From Vitrella brassicaformis CCMP3155 (taxonomy: Eukaryota; Protista; Chromerida): a stretch of DNA of 13,334 nt. Below are positions 10,175 through 13,334 of this stretch, one piece after another. Within the stretch, counting starts at the first letter, position 1, and each line of letters starts with the position of its first letter. Under the pieces are notes generated by a model that ran no database searches, was not told where the DNA came from, and saw nothing but the letters and a program-made list of their open reading frames with translations. The position numbers and the translations under genes are program-made. The DNA lies in NCBI GenBank assembly GCA_001179505.1, contig CDMY01000881.1, forward strand, positions 1 through 13,334, given 5' to 3'.

Positions 10175-10279
10175 ATAGAAGAGACACTGCTTCGAAACCT
10201 TCAGACGGATTTCGTAGATATCGGGTTCTTCCGTGACGCAACACCTTGGAAACGCCCCACCGAACTTATGGTCTCCTGA
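10175..10279 (+). pseudogene. Possible isolated exon resembling an aldo-keto reductase fragment
   Basis: After a strong acceptor (cttccctttttttgcgtag, ending 10174) the frame reads IEETLLRNLQTDFVDIGFFRDATPWKRPTELM, which resembles the AKR motif SL.RLQTDY(I/V)DL. No other AKR exons were recognised. Confidence 0.2.
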
Positions 10280-10491
10280 CTACCGGCATTCTTGAGAAAC
10301 GCATCCAGTGTGTGCAGTAGTCAGTGTGTGCACTGTCGTACAATGCGTTCATGTGAATGCACAGACCAGTATATCAACAGCGATAATGTAGTGTCTCTGT
10401 ACAACCTATCCAACCAATCTATCAACATCATGGGCTACAATGAACACTCACTCACTCTCCCCCTCCCCCCTTCCTCTTGGGACGCTCACTA

Positions 10492-12545
10492 TCATCTACG
10501 GCGGGCTGCTCCGCTGCGGGCTGCTCTGCTGCTACTCTTGCCAACAAACGTGTAATGCCTTGACTCCATGGCCCGCCGGTGATCGATGGCCCTCTGCAAG
10601 GCCTCGTCGTCGCCGTACTTGTTGCGGGAGAAGGACTTTTTCCTCTTCTTGCCGTCCTCCTGCCATTCGGCCACCCATGCATGGTCTTTCTTGTCGTAGG
10701 TGACGCCCCTCACGCCGCTCTGGTGCTCAGCGGGCTTCTGCACAGACGCCCTGGCGCTACGCTCCATCTCGAGACGGTGCTCCTCAGCCAACACCTGACA
10801 TACACACACATACATACAGGTGCAACATGCATGGCTGACATAACAGCATGAAGTTCAGCCGATTAAGCGGATACCTTGGCATTGTCGCCGTGCTCCTTGA
10901 CGTAGAAGTACTTGTGCTTATGCTTGCCGTCAGCCTTCTCCCACCAGGAAGCCACCCAGGCCTGGGTATTCTCGTTCCAGGAAACACCCGTCACATCAGA
11001 CTGGTGTGCTGCAGCAAACCCACACACACACGAGAACAGGTGCCGCCTTTCTTTCCCTCTCATTTGCTCACCCGCGACGTTGACGACAGTCTTCCTTCGC
11101 TTGTCGGTGGTCTCGCGGCGGTGGCCAGCTTGGAGTCGTCCCAATCGCCCGTAGTACTATCATGTTGATACACAACAGACAGAGAACTTTCCCTTCACAT
11201 TTGTGTTTTCTCGTGCCATATTTGCATTCATCCCACCTCCGTGCGCCACTTGAGAAACCCCTCCTCTCCGTGCAAACGCATCATGCGCAAATGGAACTCC
11301 TACTTCGCTCTCTGGGACCTCTGTAAAACAAACACGACGTGACCGAAAAACAAAAGGGGCGGCATGTCAATTTCTCACCGCGCTGCACAATGCGCGATAG
11401 TCCGCGTCGGATATCAACGGGCAGCCATCCCTGTGAAAAGAGATATTGCATAAGTGCCGTGTATATGTGGCCTGCATGGCTCCTCTCTCACCCCTGCACA
11501 CGTGGCTGCACGTAGAGGTAGTAGAAGTCAGATATGGCCATCCTTGCACACCTCTCGATCAGCTCCCGCTGGCGCGACACCTCCTCCTTCAGCCACGTCG
11601 CGAGCTTGACCGCATACTGCGACACATAATGCAGGAAGTCAGCGCAGGGAATGTCATGCGCAATGCGTACCGTGAGCTGGTGGGACCTGACGAAGCGATC
11701 AAGCTCAGCCCAGGTGTAGATCCCGTCGTTGACAGCCGAGATGAAACGAATCAATTCCTGCACACAAACCATGGAGAGACTCATACACATCGACATGTCA
11801 TTTCGCCTCTGCACCTGCTCGTCAATGGCTCCGCCTGCTGAGGTGTTGAGCACCCCATCGAACGAATCGATGTGAGGCGGCAGCTCCACGCCGTACGTGT
11901 CCTTGAGGTATTTCTTGATGGCCGTGAAGCGCTCCACGGGGTCGACTATCTTGATGACGTCCTTGAGGGTCCGCACCACATCCATCTCTGCGTCTGCCAG
12001 GTCTGGCAGCGTCTCGTGCCCCGTGTACGGGTACACTGAACTCAAAGGACACAGAATGAATATGAGCGGGTTGATCTTGATGGAGCGTCTGACTCACCTC
12101 CTAGGATGAGTGTGTGTGACTTGTCTGAGGCGCACTTGACCAGATTGAAGGCCACCTGCCCCTTGGTGTCCATCAGCGACCCCGCTTCACTGGTCAGCAA
12201 GTACGACTCGTACACTTGACGCTTGTCACTGCCGTGACTATACATACTGAAAAAGGAGAGAGACAAGTCTCGCTGCGGTCATTCAGACGAGCTCACTCCT
12301 TACCGGCCATAGGGTGCGTGGCGCTTTTCAGGCTTCTTGGGGTACTGCTGGTCAGGCCTGGACACACCCGTGTAGAAGTACCACTTGCCTCGGCACCTAT
12401 ACTGCACACGGACAAAGAACAGAGGCGGGATGACGGGTGTCAGTGACTTGGCCAGTTACGTGCTTACCGCTTTAAAATAGAGTACGGCTGCCCCCTCGTT
12501 TGTTATGAACCCCTCGCTTTTTCTCGACACAAGCAGTACTAGCAT
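10492..12545 (-). CDS. GIY-YIG-like nuclease domain fused to two AP2 DNA-binding domains; 11-exon model, ~470 codons; start provisional; one in-frame TAG unless an alternative acceptor is used
   Basis: Exons 12545-12468, 12401-12304, 12246-12098, 12035-11815, 11757-11671, 11616-11492, 11430-11379, 11320-11237, 11156-11072, 11008-10875, 10794-10492; all introns are GT-AG and phase-consistent. AP2-1 (11006-10762): HQSDVTGVSWNENTQAWVASWWEKADGKHKHKYFYVKEHGDNAKVLAEEHRLEME. AP2-2 (10725-10564): HQSGVRGVTYDKKDHAWVAEWQEDGKKRKKSFSRNKYGDDEALQRAIDHRRAME. N-terminus: VLYFKAYRCRGKWYFYTGVS...GRMYSH...LADAEMDVVRTL...GVLNTSAGG. The AP2 calls are high confidence; the nuclease call is moderate. Confidence 0.8.
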
Positions 12546-12603
12546 ACGGTGAATGACCCTTTATCTTTGTTGTCACCGTATGCTCTCTTGTGGCTCGAGA
12601 AAA
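12519..12603. repeat. 85-nt imperfect inverted repeat (~29 bp paired) overlapping the provisional ATG of the GIY-YIG/AP2 gene
   Basis: Paired segments: 12541-12552 with 12573-12584 (12 bp perfect), 12535-12536 with 12585-12586, 12528-12533 with 12587-12592 (6 bp), and 12519-12527 with 12595-12603 (9 bp). The loop is 20 nt. Confidence 0.9.
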
Positions 12604-12707
12604 TGGTGGATGTGCTCGGTCGCCCGTCACGGGGGCATCGAGAAATAGCTCAAGAAGGCACGTCCGGCTTGCGCCTGGCAGGCCACTGAAACCGGTGCGT
12701 TTCGCCA

Positions 12708-12715
12708 TGCATGCA
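12708..12715. promoter_or_regulatory. Palindromic TGCATGCA motif between two divergent genes (candidate ApiAP2-binding element)
   Basis: The sequence ccATGCATGCATGtatgg at 12705-12722 contains it. TGCATGCA is an established apicomplexan upstream motif bound by an ApiAP2 protein. This is a single 8-mer, so chance is not excluded. Confidence 0.3.
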
Positions 12716-12718
12716 TGT

Positions 12719-13260
12719 ATGGCGAAACACAGCGCGTTTCACCACAGACTTACAGAACCGTCACGTATGGCAATCTTTGCACTGATCCAATTGCACTGAT
12801 CGACTTGTCGTATTGCGTTCGCAGGATATCGATTGGAGAGCTCGTCGGCATTGTTTCTGTTCACAAGGTGGAGATGAAGCCTACACAACCGTGCGCCAGT
12901 ATGGGCTGTCAAGATGCAGCTGCAGCAGGAGAAGGGCCTTCTCGCCACAAAACAAACAGTCATTCATCAGTCGACCAAGATGGAGGACAACCGCACACTG
13001 GCTCATTACAATGTCCAGGAGGACGCGACTCTGCACTTGGATCTTCCGTGAGGACACAAACAAGTCGTCCACTCATATTATGCCCGAGTGTCCTTTCTGT
13101 CTGTTACTGTATGGCTTGCAGTGTGCACACCAGTGGCTGTTGCGGTTTCGGGCCGAGCACCGGTGTGTCGGCAGAGGAGCTGTCAATGCTGACAGAAATG
13201 GATTGAAGTAATGCGGCGCTGGTCGAAGCCTGGCATGGCAAAGAGCACGTGCTTCAGCTG
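12719..13260 (+). pseudogene. Ubiquitin-like-domain gene, probably pseudogenised; may continue off the right edge
   Basis: Exon 12719-12759 (MAKHSAFHHRLTEP), intron 12760-12824, exon 12825-13047: ISIGELVGIVSVHKVEMKP..[net +1 shift at ~12885-12908]..VKMQLQQEKGLLATKQTVIHQSTKMEDNRTLAHYNVQEDATLHL, which aligns with ubiquitin VKAKIQDKEG...[20 protein letters not shown]. After intron 13048-13121 the frame meets TGA 13204-13206 and stays open beyond it. There is no C-terminal diglycine. Confidence 0.65.
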
Positions 13261-13334
13261 GTTGGCGAGGTGACAGAGGCCTTTAATGAGCCACCATACT
13301 TACAACATCCTGCTCACCAAGCTCCGCAAGATCT

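Noticed and set aside
9978-10244. Minus-strand 88-aa ORF and overlapping short ORFs
   Set aside because: No motifs or splice-consistent connection to neighbouring genes.
13204-13206. In-frame TGA in the Ubl gene as possible selenocysteine or readthrough
   Set aside because: The same gene already carries a frameshift and no SECIS-like structure is visible in the window, so a true stop or nonsense decay is simpler.

Overview
Eukaryotic, intron-rich nuclear DNA. The short GT-AG introns (about 45-80 nt) and ApiAP2-type domains suggest an alveolate, most likely a chromerid such as Vitrella (inference). The six-frame ORF track therefore mostly shows single exons or antisense shadows. Manual splicing recovers two apparently intact glycosylation genes: a 4-exon SLC35D-like nucleotide-sugar transporter (-, 1522-2728) and a 9-exon GT47/exostosin glycosyltransferase (+, 5408-7620). 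A decayed CRE-like non-LTR retrotransposon RT reading frame occurs as two complementary halves (-, ~3336-5100 and 1-480) flanking the transporter. The right half of the window holds a phased ~29-30 bp repeat array, a restriction-like endonuclease remnant, an unprocessed ELAV-like RRM pseudogene and a ubiquitin-like-domain pseudogene. The most interesting element is an 11-exon minus-strand gene (10492-12545) whose spliced product has an N-terminal GIY-YIG-like nuclease domain and two C-terminal AP2 domains. This is a homing-endonuclease-like architecture in a spliceosomal-intron gene, and an 85-nt hairpin covers its provisional start codon. Domain calls come from motif recognition by eye and need HMM confirmation.
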